From Caecitellus pseudoparvulus (taxonomy: Eukaryota; Protista; Bigyra: Bicosoecida): DNA of 64,000 nt. Every line of letters begins with the position of its first letter. Within the stretch, counting starts at the first letter, position 1. The DNA is taken from the NCBI GenBank assembly GCA_965644315.1, contig CBFFRQ010000053.1:124001-188000 (forward strand), in the 5' to 3' direction. Shown here piece by piece: positions 23,521-34,953 of the stretch. The notes beneath the pieces were generated by a model. The model worked only from the letters and a program-made list of their open reading frames with translations, was not told the DNA's origin and did no database searches. The position numbers and the translations under genes are program-made.

Positions 23521-26130
23521 ATGGCGGCCAGCACCATCGCGGAGGATGCTGAGAAGCAGGAGCAGGCGCTGCTGGAGGAGTGGGCGTCCAGGCCTGATGC
23601 AGAGGCGGAGGCGGCGGCGGCGGCAGCCACACGGGAAGGACAGTTCCAGGAAGCAGTGGACATCCTGGACCGCCTGCTGGCACTGGCCAGCAAGTACCAC
23701 CAGCGCATGTGAGTGAGCAGCAAGAGGCGTGTGAGCCAGGACCGCGGCGCCACGCGTGACACGTCGTCTTCCCAGGTCTCACTTGAACAACGATGTCATC
23801 GAGGCCCAAGAGCCTGCAGGGTTCCGGAATGGAACTCTTCGAGACTACCAGTTGCTCGGCTTCAGGTGGCTGGTCGCGAGGTTCTTGTTTGGCGAGGGAG
23901 CGATTCTTGTGTGTGAATTTCCGCATCGAGCCTGGGCCTGACGTGGCGCCGCGCACGCCTGCCCGGCACGGCATCCACGCGCAGGCGGACGAGATGGGAC
24001 TAGGCAAGACAGTCCAAGTCATCGCGTTGCTGGCCTGGTGTACGTCCTGCGTGGGTCGCTGCAAAGAGCACACGCCGGCCTCGCGCTGGCCGAGTTTGAA
24101 TGCTGCCCAGCCAGGCAAATGCCAGGCATGCACCCTCTCTGCTTGTTTGCGCAGTGTACACCCCCGAGACAGCCAGTGTTCCCGGTGCTGGAAAAACCAA
24201 GCCCGCCCTGGTAGTGGTGCCCACGTCAACCATCGAAAACTGGTGCCGCGAGGTGCAGCGTTTCAGCTCCTTGCCGGTGGTCAAGTACTACGGCTCCAAG
24301 GCGGAGCGGCAGCAGATGCAGGCAGACTTTTCCAGGCCCTCCACCCGCAAGCCGGGGACGGTTGTCGTGACGTCTTACGCCGTGGCCATGCGGGATGCTG
24401 CCGCGTTGACCCGTGTGGCGTGGCAGGTGGTGGTGGTGGACGAGTCTCACCGACTGAAGAGCACCGCCAGCCGCCTCAAGAAGGAGCTCATGGCCATAGC
24501 AGCAGCGGGGGAGGACCCAGGAGACCCTGTCACCCGCATCCTGCTGACAGGCACTCCCCTGCAGAACGACCTGCTGGAGCTCTGGTCCCTCTGCAACTTC
24601 GTCATGCCCCGTGTATTCTCAGACCCGGACTCGTTTGCCACCGTGTACGGCTTCATGGCTCTGGACACGAGCCAGGGCCAGGCACAAGTCCTGGCGCGCC
24701 AACGCCACCACAGTGTTGTCTCTAAGCTGCACGCCCTGCTGAGCAGGTACCTACTGCGCCGCACCAAGGCACAGGTGGCCCTCGAGTTGCCCAGCAAGGT
24801 GGAGGTTGTTGTGTACTGTGCGCTGTCCCCGCTGCAAGCACGGTTGTCCAGGGCGGTGCTGGACGGGCGGCTGCGGGAGGAAGTCACGCAGGACCTCCGC
24901 TGGCGCCATGAGCCTGCCCTGCACGGGTCACTGTCCTGCGGCAACCGCCAGGGGCAGCTGCGCAAGGTGGCCAACCATCCGTACTTGTTCGGGGAGCCCC
25001 CCAGCAGCTTCGGGGAGCTGACAGAGGGCCTCGTGTCGGCCAGTGGCAAGCTGCGTACCTTGGACGTCATGCTGCACCAGCTGCTGTCGGAGCGGCACAA
25101 GGTGCTAATTTTCTCCCAGTTCACGCGCGTGCTGGACCTGCTGGCAGACTTCCTGCTGCTGCGCAAGGAGGCATTGGGGCTGCCAGAGGACGGCTACCTG
25201 CCCCGCATCGACGGCGGGCAGAGCCTGGAGCAGCGGCAGGAGGCCATGGACCGCTTCAACGGGGAGGGGCCGTTTGGCGCTGCCGAGGCGAGCCGGCACC
25301 ACATCGCCCTGCTGTCCACGCGGGCGGGGGGCATGGGCATCAACTTGACGGCGGCAGACACCGTCATCATCTTCGACAGCGACTGGAACCCCCATGGGGA
25401 CTCCCAGGCAGAGGACCGGGCCCACCGCATCGGGCAGAGGCGGGACGTCGTCGTGTACCGCCTCATCGCCGACTGCAGTGTGGAGGTGGACTTGCTGCGC
25501 CGCGCCAACGCCAAGCGCGCCCTGGAACGCATCGTGCTGCGAGACGGGCACTGGCAGCGGGCGGAGCTGGACGGCAGCAGCAGCAGCCCCAAGCGCCGTC
25601 GTTCCAGCCGAGGCGCAGGCAGTGCCCCACACACCCCGCCCGCCGTCTCAGCCGGCGCTGCTGAGGCTACCGAGGCGCGTCGCAGGTCAGGCCGAGGCAC
25701 GAAGCGGAAGGCAGGGTCGGCGGCCAGTGAGGGTGAGCAGTTGGGGGAGTTTGGCGCGCTGCCGGAGCGACTCCTGCGCCTGTGGCTGCGTGAGGATGTG
25801 CGTGATAAGGCGGGGCGGGTGGGCGGCATCCAGGCTGCCGAGCTGCGGGCGCTGCTGCACCGCCCCCTGGCCATGCAGGCAGGCCTGCAGCAGTTGGCGT
25901 CCCTGCAGGCAGCGGCACACGCAGCTGTCGGGATGGCTGGGCACAGCACGCCCACTGCATCGCCAAGCAGTGGTGCGGGGGCAGGCAAGGCGGCCGCCCC
26001 TGCACACCCCACTCTGAAAGGCGTGCCAGTGCCGCAGCACCTGCCCCCGGAAGGCGACGGGTACACGTTCGTGGCACACAGCACCGCAGGCATGTTGGGT
26101 GAATTATGTGAAGGGGGCGGGCAAGGGTAG
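23521..26130 (+). CDS. SNF2-family chromatin remodeller, DDM1/LSH(HELLS)-like
   Basis: LRDYQ..GFRWL, ILADEMGLGKT, VVVDESHRLK, RILLTGTPLQNDLLELWSL, LRKVANHPYLF, LLSTRAGGMGINLTAADTVIIFDSDWNP..D.QAEDRAHRIGQ. 'VVSKLHALL' resembles the DDM1/LSH subfamily (inference). Confidence 0.88.
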
Positions 26131-26137
26131 GGTGGCG

Positions 26138-27215
26138 TCAGGCCGCCTCACTCCGCAGGGCCTGCCAGTCAAACACGGTGCCGGCAAGCCAGTCCAAATG
26201 AGCAAACAGCGGCGCGAAGTGCGTGCTGTGCCGGACATGGTGGGTGTAGTGGGCCAGGGAGCCGCCGAAGATGGGCAGCACCTTGTCATACCAGACAGGG
26301 AAGTCCATGCCCGAGTGGCTGTCCATGAGCAGCCAGATGAAGCAGTGCGTGAAGACGTTTCGGGTCAGAGGGTGTGCCCGCACCAGCTTCAATGCAGCGT
26401 TGGCCGACAAGATGAGGAAGACGCGCTCAGCCAGCGTCAGCTGGTTCGTCACTGCGCAGTGGGGTGCAGAGGGTGAGTGCAAGGTTGCGGTGGGAGTGCA
26501 GGCTGCCTGCAACGCACCGTGGTGGGCCACTGTTTCGTGGTCGTGATGGTGCTTGTGCACAGCAGCATAAAGCCACGGGAAGGTGTGCAGCGCAAAGTGC
26601 AGGAAGAAGAAGATGGCGTCGTACACCAGCAGTGCGGCGAAGGTGTGCCCCACAACCTCCTTCGCAGTGGGGGGCTCAGCTGGCAGCAGGCGACTGAGTT
26701 GGAAGCCAATGTAGGGCTGCGCAGCCCACTCTGCCAGGTCCACGCCGTCGTAGTACTTGCGCAGTGTCACGTCCAGCAGCATGAGCGGCGCCGCGTAAGT
26801 GACTACTTGCATCATGCCGTGGCTCCAGCTCCAGCCAGGCCACACAGCCTGTGCAGCATTGGCCTTGGGAGGTTGCAACTTCGGGTGTTGCTTGCGAATT
26901 TGGAAGCCCTGCAGGCAGGACGTGTTAAGGAGCGGCAGGAACCATGTGACGTAGAAAAAGGGGCCCAGAAACAAGACGTGGAACGTCTCAAAGAACCTGC
27001 AACGCGGGCAATCCACGTGGGGACATGTGGGCGAATTCCGCAGGCTCTTTGCACTGGCGTCTTTCCACGCACGTGCTCTGGTACAGGGGGTTCCCACGCA
27101 GAAAGGACCAAAGTCCGGCAATGTATGTATCCAGTGTGTCTTCCCAGCAGGCAGCAGCTACAACTCCGGCCACCAGCAGCAGGCGCAGGGCCCAAATGCA
27201 GGTCGGCACAGCCAT
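26138..27215 (-). CDS. fatty-acid hydroxylase/sterol desaturase family, cholesterol-25-hydroxylase-like
   Basis: His boxes HFALH, HKHHH, HSG, HYTHH; C-terminal HFAPLFAHLDWL resembles CH25H NFAPYFTHWD; two introns. Confidence 0.82.
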
Positions 27216-27389
27216 GCCTCGTCGCAGTCCCTGCTCCAAAGCAGCGCCTCGCAGACAAGCCGGCGGGGCGGTGTGCCATGTCACAGGTAAAGGCTCCCAA
27301 ACACCCTCGCAAATAAGGCTTCCAGTGGGGGTGGGGAGTGGCCGCTGCTGCCTTGTGCATTGGTGTGTTGTGAGGGGGAATCGCACAGC

Positions 27390-29054
27390 TCACGCTGAAC
27401 CTTCCCACTGCACTTGTGCCATGCACGTCTGCCCCTTGGCGCCCACAGCCGGGTACACAAACACCACAGGGCGCTGACCTTCCACTCTCGCAGCTTTGCT
27501 CGCGCTGCGCGAGCCCTCCTCCGCCACATTGGGGCAGTTCAGCTGTCTGCGGGTTCGCTTGTGGCCGCCGGCAGAGGCGGTGCGCGGCAGGAGGGGCGAG
27601 GGCGGGGCTTCCTGGGGGTCCTCCGTCTTGCACACGTCGGCCTCAGTGTCTGCACAGTCAGCACACGGCCAGAGAGAGGTGGTAGGCACCGCCCCTCGCG
27701 CAGGGCCGGCGCAGGCCTTGAGAAACGTGCCCACCCGCACGCCGCTGCCGCCGCCGCCGCCGCAGCTCTCTGCCCCCACCACAGCCGTCACATCCGGCGC
27801 CTGGCCACACAGCACGCCCTGCAGCTTCGCCAGGACTGCGTGTCTCCCAGGCACCAGTGGCCCAGCTGCCTCCAGCGGCGCCGGTGTCTCTCCGGCAGCC
27901 TTCGCAGCCCCCCCTGCCTTGCTGCGCCGCAGGCGGCGTGTGGGCGTCGCAGCAGCGCCGTCCTGTGCGCGTGCAGGCGCTGCTGAGGCGGCTGACAGGC
28001 GCTCCAACACACAACTCTGCATGCACTGGGGCGTGGGCTGTGTCACGGGGCCAGGCGGGGCCTGGGCGCCCTCGGACCCCCCACTGCCAGGGCGGGGGGT
28101 GTCCGCAGCGCAGTTCGACAGGGTGTCTCCTGTGCAACTGGCGGCCCACATGGCAGCACGCAGGCGGTGCCTGACGCGCACCAACGCCTTCACCCGCTGC
28201 AGGATGGCTTGTGGGTCCTTCCAGGGGACAGGGGCTGACTCGGGCGTGGCTGCTGCCGCGCTGGCCACGGGGACCAGCGCTGAGGCAGGGCGTGTGGCAC
28301 CCCCCAGTCGAGACGCGCGCTGGGCAACCTGCGCAGCGTCGGCGGGGGACGGCTCTGTCGTCTCCTGCAGGCGCAGGCGGCCGTCCCGCCCGCCATTCAC
28401 CGCCAGCACCGCCTCCGCCTCAGCCACGAGCAGCCGGGCACGCATGGCGTCGGGCAGGGCAGACACCAGGTCGCTGTCAGACATGTCCTGGCCGTGCCTG
28501 CTGCCAGGATCACCAAAGGTGCTGCGAGTAGCAGGCGTGATGCCCGTGGCGGCCGGCAGGCGCTGTGGAGTGGTGAGCTGCCGGGCCACGCCGCCGCTGC
28601 CTGCGCCACGGGCTGCGGCCAAAGTGTGGCTGCTACTCTGCGGCGCGGTGGGCGTGCCTGCGCACGGGAGCCCTGCCCCAGGCATGAACGCAAGGGATGG
28701 AGTTCCCAGCATGGTGAGGGTGGGGCCCATGCCAGTCCCCGTCGTCTGCAGGGGTGTCAACAGCTCGTCTGCTGCCACGCCATCGCTCACGAATTGCAAG
28801 GGCGCGCTCGGCGTCATTTGCGCGTTGGAACGCGACGCCGCACAATGGCCATCCATGGCAGAGGGCGAGAAAATGAGTGGTGCACTGGAGGGCATGGAGT
28901 TAGGCGCGGGGGTCGCCCGTCCAAAGCCTTGCGGGCCGCCTGGAGTGCCAGCGGCGAAGTGGGGTGGCAGTGGCGTCCCTCCCGCTCCTTCAAGGCTCGG
29001 CCCTGGCCACATGCTCGCGCCCAGAGAGGGCGACAGGCCAATGAATGCTTCCAT
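27390..29054 (-). CDS. hypothetical low-complexity (TP/SP-rich) protein
   Basis: 554-aa open frame occupying a gene-sized slot, with many TP motifs; strand assignment is plausible but unproven (an antisense frame is also long). Confidence 0.45.
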   Translation of the reverse strand: MEAFIGLSPSLGASMWPGPSLEGAGGTPLPPHFAAGTPGGPQGFGRATPAPNSMPSSAPLIFSPSAMDGHCAASRSNAQMTPSAPLQFVSDGVAADELLTPLQTTGTGMGPTLTMLGTPSLAFMPGAGLPCAGTPTAPQSSSHTLAAARGAGSGGVARQLTTPQRLPAATGITPATRSTFGDPGSRHGQDMSDSDLVSALPDAMRARLLVAEAEAVLAVNGGRDGRLRLQETTEPSPADAAQVAQRASRLGGATRPASALVPVASAAAATPESAPVPWKDPQAILQRVKALVRVRHRLRAAMWAASCTGDTLSNCAADTPRPGSGGSEGAQAPPGPVTQPTPQCMQSCVLERLSAASAAPARAQDGAAATPTRRLRRSKAGGAAKAAGETPAPLEAAGPLVPGRHAVLAKLQGVLCGQAPDVTAVVGAESCGGGGGSGVRVGTFLKACAGPARGAVPTTSLWPCADCADTEADVCKTEDPQEAPPSPLLPRTASAGGHKRTRRQLNCPNVAEEGSRSASKAARVEGQRPVVFVYPAVGAKGQTCMAQVQWEGSA

Positions 29055-29701
29055 TTCTAGTACCTGTGGGGGCTGTGACTCCCACAGTTGTGCGCAGTAG
29101 GCGAGTCTTCCGCGAGAGGGGTGTCAGTGTGTCACCCAAGAACTGCGCATTCAAATTCCGCGCCCGCGCCGTACTATAAACCAGCACCAGCGCGCCTTTG
29201 GAGCGCCTGTACTCTGTGAGATTTTGGATACACGAAAAGGGTCGGGTGGGGCTTCTTTTAACGAAGACGTGGCTTCGGGTTTGGGCCACTGCAACTCGGG
29301 CGTGGTGTGCGTCTGCCCCCCCCCTGACCAGATCGATGGGCCCCTGCCGCGCCTTCTTGCCTCCCACACAGCGGAGCACAAGGCCGCCGTGGGCAAACCG
29401 CACAATTGAAACCAGTCTGAAACATTGTCTTGGGCATCGCTTCTGGGGCTCTTTGGCGTCCATCTCCTGCTTGCAGGCACCTGCACTTGCAACGTGGCAG
29501 CGGAAATTGAGCTGCCTGGTGCGCCTCAGCAGGCCTACTTGGCCCCCACGCCGCCTTCTCACTCGCAGGGCAGCACATTAAAGCGAAGGTTGATTGCTTT
29601 CGTGTGAGCTACCTGAGTGCCGGGCTCACTTGGCGGCCTGTGCGGGTCCGTGACGCCCCTCTACAGCCCTTGCAGGGAAACTCACATCTGCCACATCAGC
29701 C

Positions 29702-30952
29702 ATGCAGCGCATGGAAATCGACTTCGGGGATGGGGAGGACGACAGGGAGACGGCGAGGCTGATGCAGTGGGACGCCATGCAACGAGGAAGTGGCCCCCGC
29801 TGTGCCCCTGGCGTCTGTGCACAGTGCACTTTTCCCAGAATCGCGGCAGCGCTCGCCCTGCTCCTCTTGGTGGTGGCAGCCGTCTGGTGGGGCGCCTTCA
29901 CGACGGCGACAGCGCCCAGCACAGCCCCCGTGTACGCTGCGTCTCCATCTCCCACCACTCCCCCCTCTGACCAGCCCTCTTCCTCCCCACTGCCAACTTC
30001 CACGCCTGCATTCTCTGGTACTCCGACGAGCTTGCCGGCAAGCTCACCGCCAGCTGCATCGCCGTCCAGTGCACCGGCAAGCTCACCGCCAGCTGCATCG
30101 CCGTCCAGTGCACCGGCAAGCTCACCGCCAGCTGCATCGCCGTCCAGTGCACCGGCAAGCTCACCGCCAGCTGCATCGCCGTCCAGTGCACCGGCAAGCT
30201 CACCGCCAGCTGCATCGCCGTCCAGTGCACCGGCAAGCTCACCGCCAGCTGCATCGCCGTCCAGTGCACCGGCAAGCTCACCGCCAGCTGCATCGCCGTC
30301 CAGTGCACCGGCAAGCTCACCGCCAGCTGCATCGCCGTCCAGTGCACCGGCAAGCTCACCGCCAGCTGCATCACCGTCCAGTGCACCGGCAAGCTCACCG
30401 CCAGCTGCATCGCCGTCCAGTGCACCGGCAAGCTCACCGCCAGCTGCATCACCGTCCAGTGCACCGGCAAGCTCACCGCCAGCTGCATCGCCGTCCAGTG
30501 CACCGGCAAGCTCACCGCCAGCTGCATCGCCGTCCAGTGCACCGGCAAGCTCACCGCCAGCTGCATCACCGTCCAGTGCACCGGCAAGCTCACCGCCAGC
30601 TGCATCACCGTCCAGTGCACCGGCAAGCTCACCGCCAGCTGCATCGCCGTCCAGTGCACCGGCAAGCTCACCGCCAGCTGCATCGCCGTCCAGTGCACCG
30701 GCAAGCTCACCGCCAGCTGCATCGCCGTCCAGTGCACCGGCAAGCTCACCGCCAGCTGCATCACCGTCCAGTGCACCGGCAAGCTCACCGCCAGCTGCAT
30801 CGCCGTCCAGTGCACCGGCAAGCTCACCGCCAGCCGTGCGAAGGGTCAAAGAAGACTCTCGTGTGCTGCGCTACAAGTTCCCATCCAAGCGCCATGAAGC
30901 GGACAGGCAGCATGGAGACAGCAGAGGACGCCTGCTGCGCGCCGGCGGGTGA
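29702..30952 (+). CDS. single-pass membrane protein with mucin-like Ser/Pro/Ala repeat stalk
   Basis: Acidic N-terminus, hydrophobic segment IAAALALLLLVVAAVWWGAF, then an S/T/P-rich region grading into (ASSPPAASPSSAP)n. Confidence 0.65.
   Translation: MQRMEIDFGDGEDDRETARLMQWDAMQRGSGPRCAPGVCAQCTFPRIAAALALLLLVVAAVWWGAFTTATAPSTAPVYAASPSPTTPPSDQPSSSPLPTSTPAFSGTPTSLPASSPPAASPSSAPASSPPAASPSSAPASSPPAASPSSAPASSPPAASPSSAPASSPPAASPSSAPASSPPAASPSSAPASSPPAASPSSAPASSPPAASPSSAPASSPPAASPSSAPASSPPAASPSSAPASSPPAASPSSAPASSPPAASPSSAPASSPPAASPSSAPASSPPAASPSSAPASSPPAASPSSAPASSPPAASPSSAPASSPPAASPSSAPASSPPAASPSSAPASSPPAASPSSAPASSPPAASPSSAPASSPPAVRRVKEDSRVLRYKFPSKRHEADRQHGDSRGRLLRAGG
30035..30834. repeat. 39-bp tandem repeat (minisatellite), ~20.5 copies
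   Basis: Unit gcaagctcaccgccagctgcatc[g/a]ccgtccagtgcaccg, contiguous with no spacers; only one variable position. Confidence 0.97.
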
Positions 30953-31004
30953 CAGGACAAAGCAATGTACATTCCATAACGAAGGCCCACGAGGAGTGGG
31001 GCAC

Positions 31005-34000
31005 TCAGCGAGCAGGGGCGAGAGTGGCAGTGGCCACGGGCTGCGCGGCAGGTGCGCGGATGTCAGGGACAGGCGTCGCAGCCATGCGTTGAATGGAGGA
31101 GGTGACGCTAATGCGCCCACTCGCACTGTCGGGCCGCCGGGGGACTGGCCCTGGCCCACCGCTGGGGGGGGCAGCAGAGGGGGGGGCCATGCCGACGCTG
31201 CTCGAGTGCGGGCGAGACGTCGCGGCAGTGCCTGGCGCAGCGGCCAAGGACCCTGCCGACGTGTTGTGGCGCAGAGTGGGCGTGTTGGCGCGGGCTGGAG
31301 CTGTGTCAGGGGGGTACGCGCTGGGGATGTGCGCGGCATGCTGACTCCCAGGCTGTGCGGGAGTGGCGCTGTACCCACTGTGCTCGGCCAGCGCCTGGCG
31401 CAGCTGTTGGTGCAGGCGTCGCACCGCGTTCTCCACCCCCGCCTGTCTGCTGGAGATGAGGCTTTCACGCTTGGTGACACTGCTTTTCAACTTGCGCGCA
31501 TGCCGCACCGCCAGGTCGTCCATGATCTTCTTGTGCCTCGCTGCCTCCGCGATCTCCTGGTCCTTGTGAAGCCTCACCTTGCGCTCCATCATCTCTGCCT
31601 TCGTCTTGACCACCCGCATTTCCTTGCGCGCCTTGTCGGAGGCGCCACGCTCGCCCCGCGCCGGCTTGTCCGCTGGCATGGCAGGCAAGTCACTCAGTGC
31701 AGCCAGTTGGGAAGAGAGCTCCTCGGCTTGTGCGCCCTGGTGCTTCTCTTCCTCCAGCTTGCAGCTGCGCGCATTCAGCTCAAGCATTTTCTTCTCGTGC
31801 TTCTTTAGCTCTGCCTCACGTTCTTTGTCGGTTTCATCCTGCACCTTGCCGTGCGCTGCTTCCATGTTCACGAGCTTGGCGCGGGTGCGGGTGTACTCCT
31901 GCTGCACATCTTGCCGGAAAATGGCGAGGATGGCGTCCCTGCTGCGAACGAAGCTCTGGCCAGCAGCAGATGCCGGGCTCGGCTGCCCTCCCAGCAGCTC
32001 CTCGGGAGCCAGGTCGAGCGCGGTGGCCTCTTCGGGGTGCACTTCGCTGGCCAGCACGTGCGCTTCTTTCACCAGGGCGTCCTCCACAACAGCTGTGGCT
32101 GCTTCTTCCCCATCTTCCTCAAGCACGAACAAGCGGTACCTGGGAGTGCTCGTGTCCGAATGCTCGCCTGCTGACGTCAGGGCGGGGCCCTTGGCAGCGG
32201 CTGCGTGCAGACGGCTGGGCTGGGCATCCTTGGCAGACCCGGCTGCGACGGGGAGGCCGGGCAGCACCTTGCCGAGTGGCTGCTCCGCGAGAGGTTTCCC
32301 GGGCACGCGCCACGCGGCAGGGGCGGCCGGCTGCGCTGTATCGCTGGCACCAGGCAGCTTGCCCGCCCCCCACTCCGCACTCTGCCCTGCAACATGGCGC
32401 AGGGCTGCAGCCATCTCTGCCATCCTACCGTGCATCTCTGTCATCTGACTGCGCAGCAGCTTCACCTCAGCTTGAAGGGCCTGAAACGCAGCAACGTCAA
32501 CCATTGGTGTTGTGGAGTGCACAGCTGCCTGGCTAGTTGCAGCCTCCTGACCGGGGAGAGCAGTTCCAGCTGGCAGGCCCTGCCCGGAAGCGTCCACTGG
32601 TGCTGTGGGCGCTGCTGGGGAGTGCGTGACGTGCCACTCAGACACAGCAGCAGGGTGGCCATGCTCGGCAGAGCCCGAGTCAGAGCCAGCTGCTCCTCTT
32701 GTCGTGCTGGTCCCGTCGGGAATGCCCGCGGCACTTGCTGCCGCTGCGATGCCGGGGGTCACTTGAGTACTGCCGCCGTCTCCGACCGAGGGCGAAGCGG
32801 AGGAGCCTTGCCTGGACTTGGCTGGGGCGGGTGTAACCGCCGGAACCCCATCTGGCAGCGGGCTGCCTTCCCCTGGTGGGTCCGTCTGAGGTGGTGGTGT
32901 GCGGGGTGGTGGCAAGCCTTCTGTGGTGTAGACCACCTGGGCAGGTGTAGCTGGCTTCCTAGCTTCAGTGGAAAGGTCCGCTGCGGAGCTCTCGTCGCCA
33001 GCATCTTTACCTGCGGGGGAAGTGGCCGGCACGAGCGGCGTGGCATCTTGGCTTCCAGTGGGAGCGCACACGCCCACTGGGCCATCCGCCTCTGAGCCCG
33101 CGATGAGGTCTGCCTCGCTTCCACCGTCATCCACAGCAAAAACGCCCACCTGAGAGGCGTGCTGTGCAGACGCCTCCGTTGAGGTTTGTGACCCCTGGCC
33201 GGCAGTCTCAAGTGCTCCTTCCTCCTTCGACGGTGGCTCTGTTTTCGGCGTGTGAGCAGCCGCTTCTGGAGTGCCGCTCGCCTCTACGCCAGGAGAGGCA
33301 GGGGCTTCTACGTCATCTGCAGGTTGTGGTGGGGGGGGCATTGGCCGGGCCTTGGTGGGGGGGCGGGGAATCACGATACCCGCCTCCTCCACCAACTGCA
33401 TCATCGCGTCGGTGTCAGTGTTGTCGTCGTCCCGTGGCTCAAAGAAGCTGTCAGCCAGGAGCTCCCCAGCTGTTGGTCGGGCTGCAGGCTCGCGCAGCGG
33501 TGCGAGGTCACCACTCTCGTCGCCCACCTCTGCAGAGGACTCCGCCTCCGCGGCGGGAGGCTGTGTCCGCGGCCGCACGCCGAGCACACACAAGATGAAG
33601 AAGTCATACGCCTCTGGCCAGGCCACCTTCAGGGCCTGAATGGACTCGGGCAAGGTGCGGCTCATGATTTTGTCCGAAATCTTGGCGAAGCTGCCGCACT
33701 CCGCGTACGGCACTTCCCCAGTCACCATCTCCAGCAGGCACATGCCAAAGGAGTGGATGTCCACGCTGGTGTCGTAGTTCCCGCTGAACATGTCAGGCGC
33801 CATGAACTCGGGGGTACCCATGGCCGACCGTCCATCTGTCGTGGCCAGGCCCAAGTCCCCCACCTTGATGTTCTTGGCCTCGGAAGAGACGAAGATGTTG
33901 TCACACTTCAGGTCTCGGTGGATGATCTTGGCCTTGCCTGCCGTCTCCTCTGAGTGCAAGTACTGCAGGCACTCCAGAATGGCCCGGCACCACTCCTTGA

Positions 34001-34709
34001 TCTTGCTGCGAGTGACGGGGTACTTCTGCCGGAACCTGCGAGAAGCGTGGGCGTGGTGGTGCTGACCCACGCAACGCCGGGCAAATTCCGCTAGCGCGTC
34101 TGGGCGCTCCAAGCCACAGCACCCCGAAGGCAGGCCTGCACAGCCAGACGACGGCTTGGACGCCCCGTCAGTACACGCATCCACGCACTCTTTGATGGTG
34201 CCGCTGTGCATGAAGTCCGTGATGAACACGAGTTTGCCTTTGTCAGGGACGTCCCAGATGCCGAAGAACTTGATGAGGTTCTTGTGGTTCAGGGTCTTGA
34301 GCAGTCGCACCTCGTTCACAAGGCGGTCAAGGTCCTTCCTGACATACCCAGCAACCGACACTTCGTTCCACGCGACTGTCCGGCCGTTGTGGAAATCCAG
34401 TGCTTTCCACCTGCAGTCGCAAGCGATGGAGGCAGCGTGGCATGCGCTGCAGCCCACCTCGGCGCAGGCCCGCGCCCAGAGCGAACCCCCCACGCACACT
34501 TTCTTAAAGGCCCCAGCACCAGCCAGAATGTTTGTCTGCGCAGCGTCAGCACGGCTCCCAGTGCGCGCTTGCCCGCAGCACAGCTGCTACCGCACCAAGT
34601 GCAGTGCAGGCACGCTGCCCAGCGGCAGGGGCGGCCGCCGACTCACCCTTCCCCAGTGCTGGTTTGGGGAACGCTCCACGATGCTATCATCGCTGGATTG
34701 CGCTGCCAT
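31005..34709 (-). CDS. WNK-family Ser/Thr kinase with long disordered region and coiled-coil tail
   Basis: LGAGAFKKV (Lys in subdomain I), VAWNEV, IIHRDLKCDNIFV, KVGDLGLA, GTPEFMAP; 5' exons from MAAQSSDDSIVERSP; intron 34036-34188. Confidence 0.88.
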
Positions 34710-34953
34710 GCTGCCCAAGCGTAAGGGTGCAGCTGCCTGCAGCGCCAAGTAGATGGCGCAGCGCAGATGAGCAAAGACCGCACCTGAGCACCCAGGGAGA
34801 GGGCGGGTCACCCGTGCAGGGGGGGGGACAAGGTCATTCTCGACAGGGCGGTATCCTAGCATGCATTGCAAGGGGTGCACATGTGTGGAGTGCCCAGCCC
34901 TAGCCACTGGCCGGGCATGTCTGGGGGCCAGTGGCAGGGGTGACGAGTGCCCC

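Noticed and set aside
30035-30834. Possible CRISPR array
   Set aside because: Units are contiguous and near-identical with no unique spacers; the context is eukaryotic and there are no cas genes.
29626-31808. Alternative-frame repeat ORFs (HRQAHRQL 672 aa; AAGGELAGALDGD 407 aa; VHWTAMQL 309 aa)
   Set aside because: They are by-products of a stop-poor 39-bp unit. Only the S/P/A frame has a coherent TM + stalk context; the 672-aa frame runs antisense into the WNK gene.
31005-34709. Kinase lacking the subdomain II lysine as a pseudokinase
   Set aside because: This is the normal WNK arrangement (Lys in GAFKKV).
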